Shown in pieces: positions 21,666 to 32,740 of a stretch of 64,000 nt of DNA (position 1 is its first letter; the number at the start of each line of letters is the position of its first letter). Position numbers and translations under genes: made by a program. A model generated the notes under the pieces. It was not told the DNA's origin and searched no databases. It was given only the letters and a program-made list of their open reading frames with translations. Source of the DNA: Bacteroidales bacterium UBA1205 (GTDB taxonomy: Bacteria > Bacteroidota > Bacteroidia > Bacteroidales > WCHB1-69); NCBI GenBank assembly GCA_002309615.1, contig DBXT01000042.1:2154-66153 (forward strand), read 5' to 3'.

Positions 21666-22925
21666 ATGGAACAATGGGTCTTTTTATCGGCTTATATTTT
21701 ACTTTTTATTGTCATTTGTCAAAAATGTAAATTCTTTACTTTCCGATATTTTGCCAAATATTGGGTATATATCTTATTCGGCATACACCTTGCTGCAGGG
21801 GTAGGATTTTACGGGGTGTATCACTACCATTATCCTTCAGGTTTGGATTCCGAAGCAAGTTTTCATTCCGGCACAAAATTGTTTAACACCCTCTATTCCC
21901 AGCCTAACACTTTTGCCAAACTTATGTTAGGATATACCGACAGCACCACCACAGCAGCAGGAACTGCCATCAACAAATCATGGGTGAAACAATATGAATC
22001 CAATACCATTAATGAAAATCGCACGGTCTTGCGTGTGAACGCATTGCTCAATAGTTTCAGCGGACAACACTATAGCGTGCATTTATTGCTGATGATCATA
22101 CTTTCTTTTTGTGGCAGTTTCTTTTTATTTCATTTTTTTGCTCCGGAGAATAAACAAGAAGAAAAGGTGTGTGTCTTAGCTTGTTTTCTCATTCCTTCCT
22201 GCTTGTTTTGGACATCAGGAGTGCTAAAAGAACCCTTATTCTTCTTTTGCATGTCTTGCTATTTATATTTTTTACAAAAAAACACGTCCAAAATCAGTGT
22301 TACCTATATCCTTTTGGCTATAATGGCTGCATTGGGCATGATATGGACCCGAACATTTATCGCCTTGGTGCTTATTCCCTTAAGTATGGTATATATATGG
22401 TGTGCATGGAGACCGCAACACCAAGCTTTAAAATATATCGGAGCGGTAATTTTAGGAGGGATAATGATAACCGTTATTCATAGCACAGCCCCCTGTTCCG
22501 CCTTGGATGTGGTGAATAACATAGCCCATAAAAACCAATTGTTCATCAATATGGAAAACGTATTGTTTGACGGATTGGACATGAACGTTCCCCATGTGAA
22601 AGCGAGCACTGCAAACCTTATATATAATGCTCCTTTTGCTCTATATAACACTATGTTTATCCCGTGCAAGCTCAAATCTGCATTGCATATAGGAATATTC
22701 ATGGAGAACATATTCTTCGGTTTGCTACTGTTTTTATCGCTGTCTATGGTCTTAATACGAAAAACACCCTATAGCAATAAACAATGGCTGCTGTTGCTGT
22801 TTTGTATCATTTGTTTTACCGTCATAGGGCTCACCACCCCCAATGCGGGAGCTATATGCCGATACAGATGTGTATTATTACCCTTGTGGTGCTATACGCT
22901 ATGCATGCCCTTATGCCGGAAATAA
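21666..22925 (+). CDS. Polytopic integral membrane protein (possible glycosyl/lipid-carrier-dependent transferase; unassigned)
   Basis: About 10 hydrophobic helices across 419 aa. No confident motif was recognised. Confidence 0.5.
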   Translation: MEQWVFLSAYILLFIVICQKCKFFTFRYFAKYWVYILFGIHLAAGVGFYGVYHYHYPSGLDSEASFHSGTKLFNTLYSQPNTFAKLMLGYTDSTTTAAGTAINKSWVKQYESNTINENRTVLRVNALLNSFSGQHYSVHLLLMIILSFCGSFFLFHFFAPENKQEEKVCVLACFLIPSCLFWTSGVLKEPLFFFCMSCYLYFLQKNTSKISVTYILLAIMAALGMIWTRTFIALVLIPLSMVYIWCAWRPQHQALKYIGAVILGGIMITVIHSTAPCSALDVVNNIAHKNQLFINMENVLFDGLDMNVPHVKASTANLIYNAPFALYNTMFIPCKLKSALHIGIFMENIFFGLLLFLSLSMVLIRKTPYSNKQWLLLLFCIICFTVIGLTTPNAGAICRYRCVLLPLWCYTLCMPLCRK

Positions 22926-22971
22926 AAAGAGGCAGTATACACTGCCTCCAATCTGATTCCATTCATCAACA

Positions 22972-24171
22972 TTATTCTTCTATAGCGGCTATGCCCGGCA
23001 ATATCTTGCCTTCGCAATATTCCAACATGGCTCCGCCGGCAGTAGAGATATAACTATATTTATCGGTAAGATGAAATTTATTGACTGCCGATACGGAATC
23101 GCCGCCTCCTACCAAAGTGAAAGCACCTTTTTCCGTTGCTTTGGCTACAGCATCGGCAACCATGAAGGTTCCTATGCTGAAATTATCCATTTCAAACACG
23201 CCCATAGGTCCGTTCCATAATATGGTGGCCGAATCCATAATCACCTTTCTGTACATGAGGCAGGTTTCGGGTCCTAAGTCCATACCTTCCATATCATCGG
23301 GTATGTGTTTCACATCATAAATAGCCCTCATGGCATCGTTACTAAAACGATCTGCGGCTATTCTATCTATGGTGCAATATAAATTCACACCCAATTCTTC
23401 GGCTTTTTTCATAATATCTTTTGCTACGGGTATCATATCGTCTTCACACAACGATTTACCGATATGGGCACCCATAGCTTTTTGGAAAGTAAAATCCATA
23501 CCACCGCCTATGATAAGATTATCCACCTTGGTCATTAAATTGGTGATTACGTTAATTTTACTGGAAATTTTCGAACCGCCTATAATAGCCGTTACCGGAC
23601 GTTGCGGATTTTGCATCACTCTGGTTAGGCTATCTATTTCTTTTTCCATTTGATAACCATACATTTTATCATTAGGAAAATATTGAGCTATTACTGCCGT
23701 TGAGGCATGCCGACGGTGTGCGGTGGAGAAAGCTTCGTTAACATATACATCTCCATACGATGCCAATGTTTTGGCAAATGCCTCATCACCTGCTTCTTCT
23801 TCTTTGAAATAACGTACGTTTTCCAACAAAAGAACCTCTCCCGCTTTTAAGTCCTTCACCATTTTTTGCGTCTGCTCACCTATACATTCAGGAGCGAACA
23901 ATACACTATTTCCTTCCAACACTTGTTTTAAATACGGCATTAAATGTTGCAAAGAAAATTGATATTCCTTGTTTTTAGGTCTGCCCAAGTGCGTCATTAA
24001 AATCACGCTACCGCCATCGGAAAGGATTTTCTTTAACGTAGGAATGGAAGCATCGATACGCTTGGTATCCTGAATTTCATACGTTTCGTTTAATGGCACA
24101 TTGTAATCAACTCTTACTAAGGCTTTTTTTCCTCTAAAATTATAATCTTTTAACTTTAGTTTTGCACACAT
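22972..24171 (-). CDS. pgk: Phosphoglycerate kinase
   Basis: 'RVDYNVPL', 'LMTHLGRPK' and 'STAGGAMLEY..GK.LPG' are classic Pgk motifs. Confidence 0.95.
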   Translation of the reverse strand: MCAKLKLKDYNFRGKKALVRVDYNVPLNETYEIQDTKRIDASIPTLKKILSDGGSVILMTHLGRPKNKEYQFSLQHLMPYLKQVLEGNSVLFAPECIGEQTQKMVKDLKAGEVLLLENVRYFKEEEAGDEAFAKTLASYGDVYVNEAFSTAHRRHASTAVIAQYFPNDKMYGYQMEKEIDSLTRVMQNPQRPVTAIIGGSKISSKINVITNLMTKVDNLIIGGGMDFTFQKAMGAHIGKSLCEDDMIPVAKDIMKKAEELGVNLYCTIDRIAADRFSNDAMRAIYDVKHIPDDMEGMDLGPETCLMYRKVIMDSATILWNGPMGVFEMDNFSIGTFMVADAVAKATEKGAFTLVGGGDSVSAVNKFHLTDKYSYISTAGGAMLEYCEGKILPGIAAIEE

Positions 24172-24205
24172 ATTATATCTGTTTATTTAGTTTCAAACTT
24201 ATTGT

Positions 24206-25729
24206 TTAAAAGGGTACTTCATCCGAATTGTCATTGTTCCCTTTTGAAGGCAGGGTGATTTTTTGTACATCTGATGAAAATTCGTTATTGTACGGCATAT
24301 AATCCAAATTGGTGAATTTAGCATGCTCGCCTATGAATCTCACTTTTACTTCATCTTGTCTGCCGTGACGGTTTTTGGCTATTATCAATTGTGCCAACCC
24401 GCGTGCAGGATCGCCATCGGGAAAAGTTTCTAATTTATGTGCTTCGGGGCGATAAATAAACATCACTATATCGGCATCCTGCTCTATAGACCCTGATTCA
24501 CGCAAATCGGACAGTTGAGGAATTTTATCCCCGCCGGCTCTTTGTTCCACATTACGACTCAACTGTGACAAAGCTATCACAGGCACATCCAACTCTTTAG
24601 CCAATGCTTTGAGCGAACGCGATATATTGGCAACTTCCTGTTCCCTGTTCGACTTTCCTTCTTTGCTGGTGGCTTGCATCAACTGCAGATAGTCTATGAT
24701 GATACATTGCACTTGATATTGCTGTTTTAATCTTCTGCATTTAGACCTTAAATCAAAAATATTCAGCCCTGCCGTATCGTCAATAATCAGCGGAGCCTCA
24801 GCCAAAACGCCCAAAGCCTCTGTTAAATTTTTCATTTCGGTATCGGTGAGTTTGGCTTTTTTCAGCTTGTCTTGATTAATTTTACTTTCTCCTGCAGCCA
24901 AACGCATCACTAATTCTGCTGCTGACATTTCCAAAGAGAAAAAAGCTACAGGACGTTTATAGTCTATTGCCATGTTGCGGGCCATGGTCAGCACAAAGGC
25001 GGTTTTACCCACACCGGGTCGGGCAGCAATGATGATCAAATTGGAGCCGTGCCAACCTCCCGTGACTTCATCCAATCCGAAAAAGCCGGTAGGAACACCT
25101 TGAACTTCACTCCCTTTAGAACGAGCTTCTTGCAATGACACCATAAATTGGTTTACCAATTCCGGCATGGTCTGCTCATTTTGAGAACGCTGCTGCTCCA
25201 TGATGTTGAATATACCTTTTTCGGCATCATCTATAATATCTTGAGCATCTTTTACATTCTCGTACGCTTGGGTGATGGTTTCGGTAGATACCGATATCAC
25301 TTCCCTGAGCATATATTTTTCTATCACCACATCGGCATAGTAATTAATATTCGCCGAAGAAGCCACATTGTTGGTAAGCGTTGTCAAATAATATGCGCCC
25401 CCGACAGCATCCAAGGTTTTGGATTTTCTCAGTTGTGCCGTTACCGAAAGAAGGTCTATGGGGTTGTGCTCGTTATAAACAGCCACCATGGCTTTGAATA
25501 TTTCTTTATGAGCATTCTGATAGAACATTTCGGCTTTTAATTTGCCTATCACCCGCCCTGCTGCATTCTGTTCCAACATCATGGCACCCAACAAAGCCTC
25601 CTCGTATTCTACTGCCTGAGGCTGGACTTTGCCCCTTAAATTAATATCTTGGACAACTTCTGAAGGCTTGCCTTTTTGATTTTTTTTACCGCTGTTTCCT
25701 TCCATGTTTTTTACTTTTCTTTTATCCAA
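24206..25729 (-). CDS. dnaB: Replicative DNA helicase DnaB
   Basis: Walker A '[11 protein letters not shown]', 'IIDYLQLM', 'ALSQLSR' and '[13 protein letters not shown]'. The alternative ATG at 25705 (MEGNSGK) would remove the overlap with lysS. Confidence 0.93.
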   Translation of the reverse strand: MDKRKVKNMEGNSGKKNQKGKPSEVVQDINLRGKVQPQAVEYEEALLGAMMLEQNAAGRVIGKLKAEMFYQNAHKEIFKAMVAVYNEHNPIDLLSVTAQLRKSKTLDAVGGAYYLTTLTNNVASSANINYYADVVIEKYMLREVISVSTETITQAYENVKDAQDIIDDAEKGIFNIMEQQRSQNEQTMPELVNQFMVSLQEARSKGSEVQGVPTGFFGLDEVTGGWHGSNLIIIAARPGVGKTAFVLTMARNMAIDYKRPVAFFSLEMSAAELVMRLAAGESKINQDKLKKAKLTDTEMKNLTEALGVLAEAPLIIDDTAGLNIFDLRSKCRRLKQQYQVQCIIIDYLQLMQATSKEGKSNREQEVANISRSLKALAKELDVPVIALSQLSRNVEQRAGGDKIPQLSDLRESGSIEQDADIVMFIYRPEAHKLETFPDGDPARGLAQLIIAKNRHGRQDEVKVRFIGEHAKFTNLDYMPYNNEFSSDVQKITLPSKGNNDNSDEVPF

Positions 25730-27438
25730 TTTTGAATTTCATTCAATTGCAATGCGGGCATTTCCAGCTTGTTCTTTTTACGCAAACCGTTTAAAGTATT
25801 TAACAGTTTGGCATCGGAAGCCGCTTTTAAATCGGCAAGGGTGTTCACTCCGGCTTTACGCAGAACGGGTATCCATGCTGCCGGTACGCCTTCGGCGGCA
25901 AATTCGGCATCGGTAGCGACTTCGGGTTGCTTTTCAGGACGCATCTGCGGGAAGAACAACACATCTTGAATAGAAGGCTGGTTGGTCATTATCATCACCA
26001 ATCTGTCTATGCCTATGCCCAAACCCGAGGTGGGAGGCATGCCGTATTCCATGGCACGCAAGAAATCTTGATCAATAAACATGGCTTCATCATCACCTTT
26101 TTCACTTAAGCGTAATTGCTCTTCAAAACGATAGCGTTGGTCTATGGGGTCGTTGAGTTCGGAATAGGCATTGGCTAACTCTTTACCATTGACCATCAAT
26201 TCAAAACGTTCGGTAAGCTGCTTATTGTTGCGGTGACGCTTGCACAACGGGGACATCTCTATAGGATAATCGGTGATAAAAGTAGGCTGAATGTATTTTT
26301 TCTCACAATGTTCACCGAAAATTTCGTCTATCATTTTGCCCACACCCATGGTTTCATCCACCTCTACTCCCAATTGCAGGGCAGTAGCCCTTAATTGGGC
26401 TTCATCCATTCCTTCTATATTTACCCCCGTATGTTCCTTGATGGCCTCTATCATGGTGATACGCTTAAACGGGCGTTTGAAATCTATAACATTATCGCCT
26501 ACCTGCACTTGTGTGGTACCATACAAAGTAAGAGCTATTTTTTCCAACAATTCCTCCACCGAATTCATCATCCAATTATAGTCCTTATAGGCTACATACA
26601 CTTCCATACAGGTAAACTCAGGATTATGCGTGCGGTCCATCCCTTCATTACGGAAATTGCGGCTGAACTCATACACGCCGTCAAATCCGCCGACTATCAA
26701 ACGCTTTAAATACAACTCGTTGGCTATACGCAGATACAAAGGAATATTCAACGCATTATGATGCGTTACAAAAGGGCGTGCGGCAGCACCACCGGGTATA
26801 GACTGTAAAACAGGTGTTTCTACTTCCAAATAGCCTTTGGAATTATAATATTCTCTTATGGTGTTGATTATTTTTGTACGACGTACAAAAATATCTTTTA
26901 CATCCGGATTAACTATTAAATCCAGATAACGCATGCGATATCTTTGTTCGGGATCGGTAAAGGCATCATATACTTTGCCTTCCGCTTGTTTTACTATCGG
27001 TAAGGGTCTTAACGACTTTGACAGCAAGGTAAACTCCTGAACATGAACCGTTATTTCTCCCATCTGGGTGATAAAAACAAAACCTTTTACCCCTATAATA
27101 TCACCTAAATCCAATTTTTTGTATATGCTATTATACAAAGTTTTATCCTCACCGGGGCACAAATCGTCTCTGCGAGCATACACTTGTATTCTACCTGTGG
27201 CATCTTGCAACTCGTAAAACGAAGCAGCTCCCATGATTCGCTGGCTCATAATACGGCCTGCTATGCTCACCTGCTGAAACAAAGTGTTATCTTTAGGATA
27301 TTGTTCCAATATTTCTTTAGCTGTAGCATTTACTATATATTCCGCTGCAGGATATGCATTGACACCCAAGCGCTCAAATTCTTTCAATTTTTCTCTTCTG
27401 ATAACTTCTTGTTCACTTAATTCCATTTTAGTATCCAC
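25711..27438 (-). CDS. lysS: Lysine--tRNA ligase (class II) with a C-terminal extension
   Basis: An OB anticodon-binding domain, then class II motifs '[15 protein letters not shown]' and '[11 protein letters not shown]'. About 70 aa of extra C-terminal tail is present. Confidence 0.95.
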   Translation of the reverse strand: MDTKMELSEQEVIRREKLKEFERLGVNAYPAAEYIVNATAKEILEQYPKDNTLFQQVSIAGRIMSQRIMGAASFYELQDATGRIQVYARRDDLCPGEDKTLYNSIYKKLDLGDIIGVKGFVFITQMGEITVHVQEFTLLSKSLRPLPIVKQAEGKVYDAFTDPEQRYRMRYLDLIVNPDVKDIFVRRTKIINTIREYYNSKGYLEVETPVLQSIPGGAAARPFVTHHNALNIPLYLRIANELYLKRLIVGGFDGVYEFSRNFRNEGMDRTHNPEFTCMEVYVAYKDYNWMMNSVEELLEKIALTLYGTTQVQVGDNVIDFKRPFKRITMIEAIKEHTGVNIEGMDEAQLRATALQLGVEVDETMGVGKMIDEIFGEHCEKKYIQPTFITDYPIEMSPLCKRHRNNKQLTERFELMVNGKELANAYSELNDPIDQRYRFEEQLRLSEKGDDEAMFIDQDFLRAMEYGMPPTSGLGIGIDRLVMIMTNQPSIQDVLFFPQMRPEKQPEVATDAEFAAEGVPAAWIPVLRKAGVNTLADLKAASDAKLLNTLNGLRKKNKLEMPALQLNEIQNWIKEK

Positions 27439-27808
27439 GTAATATTATGCCTACTCTCAGTTTTCGGCTTCCCTTTTGGCAGGTAAAAACACACCGGTTT
27501 TTCCTACCTTGCACATATACATATTATTACATCAGACCTACACCACCCCTTGCAAATGTTTGCATAATAGAGAACAAAGGTAAAAGCTCTAACATATTTT
27601 TACACAAATGCTTAAAACAGGCAACCGCCTATCGCATCTTATTTGCAAAGTTAGCACTATTTTTGCTCATTTGCACTAAAAAAATAGCATTTTGCCAAAA
27701 ATATTTTTCAGCATTACTGTTGATAAATATGTGAATAAAATACCGGCACTTATAACACTCGGGCAAAAACAAGGCCGACACCCAAAAAAATATACACATA
27801 AAAAATGT

Positions 27809-27816
27809 TACCTTTG
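27809..27816 (+). promoter_or_regulatory. -7 promoter box TACCTTTG upstream of ispG
   Basis: TACCTTTG lies inside the 5' end of the track ORF, which argues that translation starts at ATG 27832. Confidence 0.5.
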
Positions 27817-27831
27817 CAAAAAATATACACT

Positions 27832-29451
27832 ATGTTACCGATGTACAACGATAATATGTTTTCTTACCATCGCCGTCAAACTTGGGAGACCAAAGTAGGT
27901 GAAATAGGGATAGGCGGTGCCAATCCCATACGCATACAATCCATGACCAATGTCAATACTATGGACACACAATCGTGTGTGGAACAATGTGTTAGGATGA
28001 TAGAGGCAGGCAGCGAATTGGTGCGTATCACCACTCCCGGCATTGCGGAAGCCGAAAATTTGAAAAACATACAGCACGGCCTACGCCAAAAAGGATACCG
28101 CGTGCCATTGATAGCCGATGTCCATTTCAATCCGAGAGTGGCGGAAACGGCGGCTCAAATAGTGGAGAAAGTCCGTATCAACCCGGGTAATTATGTAGAT
28201 AAAAAGCAATTTAAGCAACTTCAATATACCGACCATGAATATGCTTTGGAAATAGAACGCATTGCCGACAGACTTGTACCCTTGCTGAAAATCTGCCAAG
28301 CCAACGGAACCGCCATACGCATAGGCACCAATCATGGTTCTTTGTGTGACAGAATCGTCAGTCGCTACGGCAACACCCCTTTAGGCATGGCCATATCCAC
28401 CATGGAATTTGTTAGCATTTGCCACGATTTCGGATTTCACAATTTGGTACTATCCATGAAGTCGAGCGACACTCGCATCATGGTGCAGTCGGTACGCTAT
28501 TTGGTGAGCATGCTCAACGAAAAGCAATGGCATTATCCTTTGCATCTGGGTGTTACCGAAGCCGGAGACGGCGAATACGGACGTATTAAATCGGCGGCAG
28601 GTATAGCCTGTCTGTTGCAAGACGGCATAGGCGACACCATACGCGTTTCCCTTACCGAAAAACCCGAAAACGAATTGGCATTTGCCGATATATTGGCACA
28701 TCTTAACGATAACACACCTTCTGCAAGCAAGACAGCAACTGCAACTATTCATTATAATCCTTATCAATATCAAAAAAGAAGCACCCAAGCCTGTGGAAAA
28801 ATAGGCGGGGACCACCGTCCTGTTATTGTGAGCGAAGATGAACATATTCAAGACTGTGACCTGCATCCGCAAGAGCTGCCTGCAGCAGATATCATCATAG
28901 CGGAAGACAAAGACAACAATATAACAGCCTTGAGGACTTTGGCCGATACCGGTGAAAAACCCTTACTATTGAAAAAGACCTATACCGAAACTGACTGGGA
29001 AAAATTTTATGCCCATGCAACGGCGGATGTTGCCGTATTGGGTATGGACGGATTATTGGACGGAATATGGATACAAAATCCGCATTTTTCCTCTCAACGC
29101 ATTTACGAATTGTGTCTTAATATATTGCAAGCCTGCGGTTTAAGATACAGCCGTGCGGAATTTATCTCCTGCCCCTCCTGCGGACGCACACAATATGCGA
29201 TAGAACAAGTGGTATCGCAAGTGAAAGCCGCCACCGCACACTTGTGCGGTCTCAAAATCGGCATTATGGGCTGTATAGTAAACGGTCCCGGCGAGATGGC
29301 CGATGCCGACTACGGTGTGGTGGGTTCCGGTCGCGGAGTGGTAACACTCTACAAAGGGCATACCCCTCTTAAACGCAATATCCCGCAAGAACAAGCTGCT
29401 GAAGAACTTGTACTGCTGATTAAAAACGAAGGGAAATGGATGGAGCCGTAG
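27832..29451 (+). CDS. ispG: 4-hydroxy-3-methylbut-2-enyl-diphosphate synthase, long form with inserted domain
   Basis: 'IRIQSMTNV', 'PLIADVHF', 'NPGN' and the C-terminal Fe-S motif 'FISCPSCGRT...GCIVNGPGE'. A ~250 aa insert separates the TIM and Fe-S domains. Confidence 0.92.
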   Translation: MLPMYNDNMFSYHRRQTWETKVGEIGIGGANPIRIQSMTNVNTMDTQSCVEQCVRMIEAGSELVRITTPGIAEAENLKNIQHGLRQKGYRVPLIADVHFNPRVAETAAQIVEKVRINPGNYVDKKQFKQLQYTDHEYALEIERIADRLVPLLKICQANGTAIRIGTNHGSLCDRIVSRYGNTPLGMAISTMEFVSICHDFGFHNLVLSMKSSDTRIMVQSVRYLVSMLNEKQWHYPLHLGVTEAGDGEYGRIKSAAGIACLLQDGIGDTIRVSLTEKPENELAFADILAHLNDNTPSASKTATATIHYNPYQYQKRSTQACGKIGGDHRPVIVSEDEHIQDCDLHPQELPAADIIIAEDKDNNITALRTLADTGEKPLLLKKTYTETDWEKFYAHATADVAVLGMDGLLDGIWIQNPHFSSQRIYELCLNILQACGLRYSRAEFISCPSCGRTQYAIEQVVSQVKAATAHLCGLKIGIMGCIVNGPGEMADADYGVVGSGRGVVTLYKGHTPLKRNIPQEQAAEELVLLIKNEGKWMEP

Positions 29452-29454
29452 CGG

Positions 29455-31140
29455 CTAAAATCCGATATTAAAGCCTGCCATAATAGCGATAGGCAAACCG
29501 GTGGTTTTCTGCATATAAGGTGGATTGTATTTCTCCACCAATCCTTCTTCTCCTGCCGTTTTGTACCAATAGGCATGGGCATAGACAAAACTATTGTTCA
29601 TAAATTCCCATTCTACTTGCAGGGCTGCAATATGATTATAATATATAATGTTGTCCAAACATGGCAGTCCCCAAGGTTCGCCTACGCCGTAGCGATAGTC
29701 GGTGCCTTTGCGGATATAGGTATAAGACGCTTTCAAATGCAGACGTTGTACGGGACGGTATGCCAATTCGGCATAAATTTCGTCGGCATTGCTGCCCAAA
29801 TAATGACCTAGGCACACATCTCCGGAAGCAAAAGTGACAGACGGCATAAAATGTTGATATACATTGGGATGTGTGCGGGTGTATTCCAATTTTAACGAAA
29901 ACGTTTTGGGAAGGCCGCTGAAACAGGCTCCTACTTTGGTGCTGATATAATTAGATTGTTTTTGCTTGTCGAACATGCGGGTAAACGACAATTCATCTAT
30001 AAACACGGATGCATACAGATGCAGATATTTGACATTGCGGCTGCTGATGTCAAAGAACATCTGCGTGTTGTGTCCTGCCGTGTTGGAGGTGGCGTTATAA
30101 TTGTCATCCACTCCTTTGAAGAACAAAAACGGCACCACATATTGCAATTGGAAGCCCATATCGCTATAAACTATGGAATTGCCGATATTGATATATAAAT
30201 GTTTTACCGGACGGAATGTCAGCATATTGGCGGCTATCAATTTGCTTCGCATCACTTCCCGCCTGTTCCCGTTGATGGATACATACGAGGCGGCACTGTC
30301 AACGAGGTTGGAGGCCAGCCATCCGTTAAAATAGTTGTATTCAAACCATTCCACCGGAGACAATCGCAATTTAATCATCACATAGGGCAAGGTGCGTCCG
30401 GAAAGTATATTGGAGCCGTGACAGGCATTGCCCCATGCGATATTGTCTTTTATCAATGCCAGCGAACCCCATTTCCATGAAAAAGTGATGCCGCCCCGCA
30501 CATTGAAATAGTCGGTGTTGGTGGTTTGTCCTTTTAATATGGCTCCCTGCATTTGCGTCAGTTTTTCGGGGGTGCTCATCGGTTGGGACTGCGAATTGTC
30601 GGTGAAATTGGCATAAAAGCCGATATGCTTGCCTATATATCCCACCATTTCTCCTCCGCCCCAATAGCGGTACATGCGTTGTTCCTTCTGTCTGCCGGCT
30701 ACATAATATTCTATGCCCCATATCGGTTTTACCGATATTTTGAACCATTTGTTATTATAATAAAGTCCTAAAGGGTAGAGACATAAATTGACATGCTCGT
30801 TGTTTTTAAAGGCATTGATTTTATAGGCGGACTTGTCCGCATCGCGTTCCAAGTTGAATTCCAACAGGTGAAATGCCAATTCCTGCCTTTGCACTTTGTT
30901 GAGTTGCTCTTCCTGGGCTTGGACTTCCTGCAGCTTTTCTGCAACAAAGGCTCTGCTATAAGGCTTTATGGCCGTGTTGATGTCTATAAGGTGCAAACTT
31001 GCCATTTCATCCAAAAATGCATACACACTTTTATGTGATATGTGCAAAGGGTTTTCCTGGGCATGAACCGCAAATGCCACCACCGACAACAATACTATAC
31101 CTGCTATTTTGTATATAATACTCTGTTTCAAAGTTTTCAT
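29455..31140 (-). CDS. Outer-membrane beta-barrel protein, capsule-assembly Wzi-like
   Basis: The signal peptide MKTLKQSIIYKIAGIVLLSVVAFAVHAQ starts at 31140. The remainder has alternating beta-strand patterning and ends in aromatic GFNIGF. The family call is from memory of Wzi-like annotations, not from a search. Confidence 0.6.
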   Translation of the reverse strand: MKTLKQSIIYKIAGIVLLSVVAFAVHAQENPLHISHKSVYAFLDEMASLHLIDINTAIKPYSRAFVAEKLQEVQAQEEQLNKVQRQELAFHLLEFNLERDADKSAYKINAFKNNEHVNLCLYPLGLYYNNKWFKISVKPIWGIEYYVAGRQKEQRMYRYWGGGEMVGYIGKHIGFYANFTDNSQSQPMSTPEKLTQMQGAILKGQTTNTDYFNVRGGITFSWKWGSLALIKDNIAWGNACHGSNILSGRTLPYVMIKLRLSPVEWFEYNYFNGWLASNLVDSAASYVSINGNRREVMRSKLIAANMLTFRPVKHLYINIGNSIVYSDMGFQLQYVVPFLFFKGVDDNYNATSNTAGHNTQMFFDISSRNVKYLHLYASVFIDELSFTRMFDKQKQSNYISTKVGACFSGLPKTFSLKLEYTRTHPNVYQHFMPSVTFASGDVCLGHYLGSNADEIYAELAYRPVQRLHLKASYTYIRKGTDYRYGVGEPWGLPCLDNIIYYNHIAALQVEWEFMNNSFVYAHAYWYKTAGEEGLVEKYNPPYMQKTTGLPIAIMAGFNIGF

Positions 31141-31278
31141 CTTTCCACCAAGCTGATTGTGCATGACTATTGTAAAATACAAAAGTACTAAATAAATGTG
31201 AAATATAAACATTTGCAAGGAATAAATTTTTATTGACAGCTTTCGGGCGGAACTTTTATTCTGCATCAGTAAAAAAAA
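30951..31278. repeat. Direct repeat copy 1 (wzi-like 5' coding end plus its promoter/leader)
   Basis: It aligns by eye base-for-base with 32741..33068 at an offset of ~1790 bp, with roughly 80-90% identity and long identical runs such as 'gtgcatgactattgtaaaatacaaaagtactaaataaatgtgaaatat'. Confidence 0.85.
31180..31187 (-). promoter_or_regulatory. -7 promoter box (TACTTTTG on the minus strand) for the wzi-like gene
   Basis: Plus-strand CAAAAGTA lies 40 nt upstream of ATG 31140. Confidence 0.5.
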
Positions 31279-31492
31279 TTTCATATCAATGCTGCTTGTG
31301 CACACTGTTTTCCATATTGCGGTGGGGCCTTCCGGTTTCTTCAATAGAAAAAAAATGATAACCCCGAAGAAGCATCTTTTCAGAACAGCTGACATCAAAT
31401 ACTTAAAAATTCTTTCATTGGTCTAAAAAATGGCATATACTTCTTTTTTACAATTTTTCAATATTATATAATTAGTTATTAAAAATATATGT

Positions 31493-31542
31493 TAATCCAA
31501 ATTTTTATATAAATATTTTGGATTATAATCCAAATTTTTATA
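31493..31542. promoter_or_regulatory. Operator/iteron-like repeat array upstream of the ATPase gene
   Basis: A 17 bp perfect direct repeat TAATCCAAATTTTTATA occurs at 31493-31509 and 31526-31542. The 16 bp perfect palindrome TTGGATTATAATCCAA (31518-31533) links the two copies. The array lies ~35 bp upstream of the -7 box. Confidence 0.45.
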
Positions 31543-31574
31543 CATATTTTTTTGATTAGAATGTTTTTTTTTTG

Positions 31575-31582
31575 TACCTTTG
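31575..31582 (+). promoter_or_regulatory. -7 promoter box TACCTTTG for the ATPase gene
   Basis: TACCTTTG lies 27 nt upstream of ATG 31609. Confidence 0.5.
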
Positions 31583-31608
31583 CATCCGTATTCATCAAAT
31601 TATCTATT

Positions 31609-32739
31609 ATGGATTTACTTAACAGAACTCTTCAGCAAGTTATTGAAAATAGAATATTTAAAGGTAAAGCCATAGTGCTTGTCGGTGCGAGACAAGTTGG
31701 CAAAAGCACTCTTTTCCGTCAGATTTTATCCTCCTGTCATGATATACTGACCTTAAACTGCGACGATATAGAAACCCGCAATCTGCTTGAAAATGCCAAT
31801 TTGAGCGAATTGCAACGACTTGTCGGTTCACATACTATAGTTATGATTGATGAAGCTCAACGACTAAAAGGAGCCGGACTTACCATGAAACTTATTACCG
31901 ACAATATGCCCGATGTTCAGTTGCTCATCACAGGATCATCATCTTTTATGCTTCAAGGCAGTCTTAACGAGCCGCTTACCGGTCGCAAATTTGAATATCA
32001 TCTATTTCCATTTTCCACCCAAGAGATAAACGATAATCTCGGATATTTGCGTACCCGTCAACTGTTGGAATCCCGACTTATATTCGGCTCCTATCCGGAT
32101 GTTATTAATCATATTGCGGATAGTGCAGATATTTTATCCAACCTTTCAAGCAGTTACATGTATCAGGATTTGCTCTCATTGGAAGGAATACGCAAACCCG
32201 TGATTATTGAAAAATTGTTGATAGCCTTAGCTTTGCAATTGGGTAATGAAGTATCATACTACGAACTTTCAAAAACCGTCGGGTCGGATGTAAAAACCAT
32301 TGAGAAATATGTTGACCTGCTTGAAAAATGCTATATAATATTCCGCCTGCCCGCTCTGAATCGGAATATGCGTTCAGAACTCAAAAAAGGAAAAAAAATA
32401 TTTTTCTACGATAACGGCATCCGCAATTCCATCATACATAACCTCAATCCGCTCTCCCTACGAAACGATATAGGGGCATTGTGGGAAAATTTTATTGTAA
32501 GCGAAAGAATAAAATATAATCACTATCGCGGACATCATGTAAACTATTATTTCTGGAGAACAACCACACAACAAGAAATAGACTTTATTGAAGAAAGTGG
32601 CGGCGAATTCCAACTTTTTGAGATGAAATGGAACCCCAAGAAAACTCTTGTACAAGCTCCACGGGAATTTACAAAAGCATATGGAGAAATGCCCTTTGCA
32701 ACCATCACTCCTGACAATTACCTTGATTTTCTGACATAA
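31609..32739 (+). CDS. AAA-ATPase with a C-terminal DUF4143/PD-(D/E)xK-like domain (COG1373-type)
   Basis: Walker A 'GARQVGKST', Walker B 'VMIDEAQ', and C-terminal 'QQEIDFIEE...LFEMKW' (D..ExK-like). The start MDLLNR at 31609 lies downstream of the promoter box. Confidence 0.8.
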   Translation: MDLLNRTLQQVIENRIFKGKAIVLVGARQVGKSTLFRQILSSCHDILTLNCDDIETRNLLENANLSELQRLVGSHTIVMIDEAQRLKGAGLTMKLITDNMPDVQLLITGSSSFMLQGSLNEPLTGRKFEYHLFPFSTQEINDNLGYLRTRQLLESRLIFGSYPDVINHIADSADILSNLSSSYMYQDLLSLEGIRKPVIIEKLLIALALQLGNEVSYYELSKTVGSDVKTIEKYVDLLEKCYIIFRLPALNRNMRSELKKGKKIFFYDNGIRNSIIHNLNPLSLRNDIGALWENFIVSERIKYNHYRGHHVNYYFWRTTTQQEIDFIEESGGEFQLFEMKWNPKKTLVQAPREFTKAYGEMPFATITPDNYLDFLT

Positions 32740-32740
32740 G

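Noticed and set aside
27439-27831. ORFs 27447..27734 and 27692..27898 (+) in the lysS-ispG intergenic region, and a possible regulatory RNA there.
   Set aside because: The translations are low-complexity and overlap divergent promoter boxes (27575-27582 minus, 27809-27816 plus). I saw only a weak bulged hairpin in the putative lysS leader, which is insufficient to call an RNA element.
31141-31398. The N-terminal 86 codon extension of the wzi-like ORF in the track (start at 31398).
   Set aside because: The extension runs through the promoter box (31180-31187) and the duplicated non-coding leader. The ATG at 31140 gives a canonical signal peptide, and the pseudogene copy begins at the equivalent ATG.
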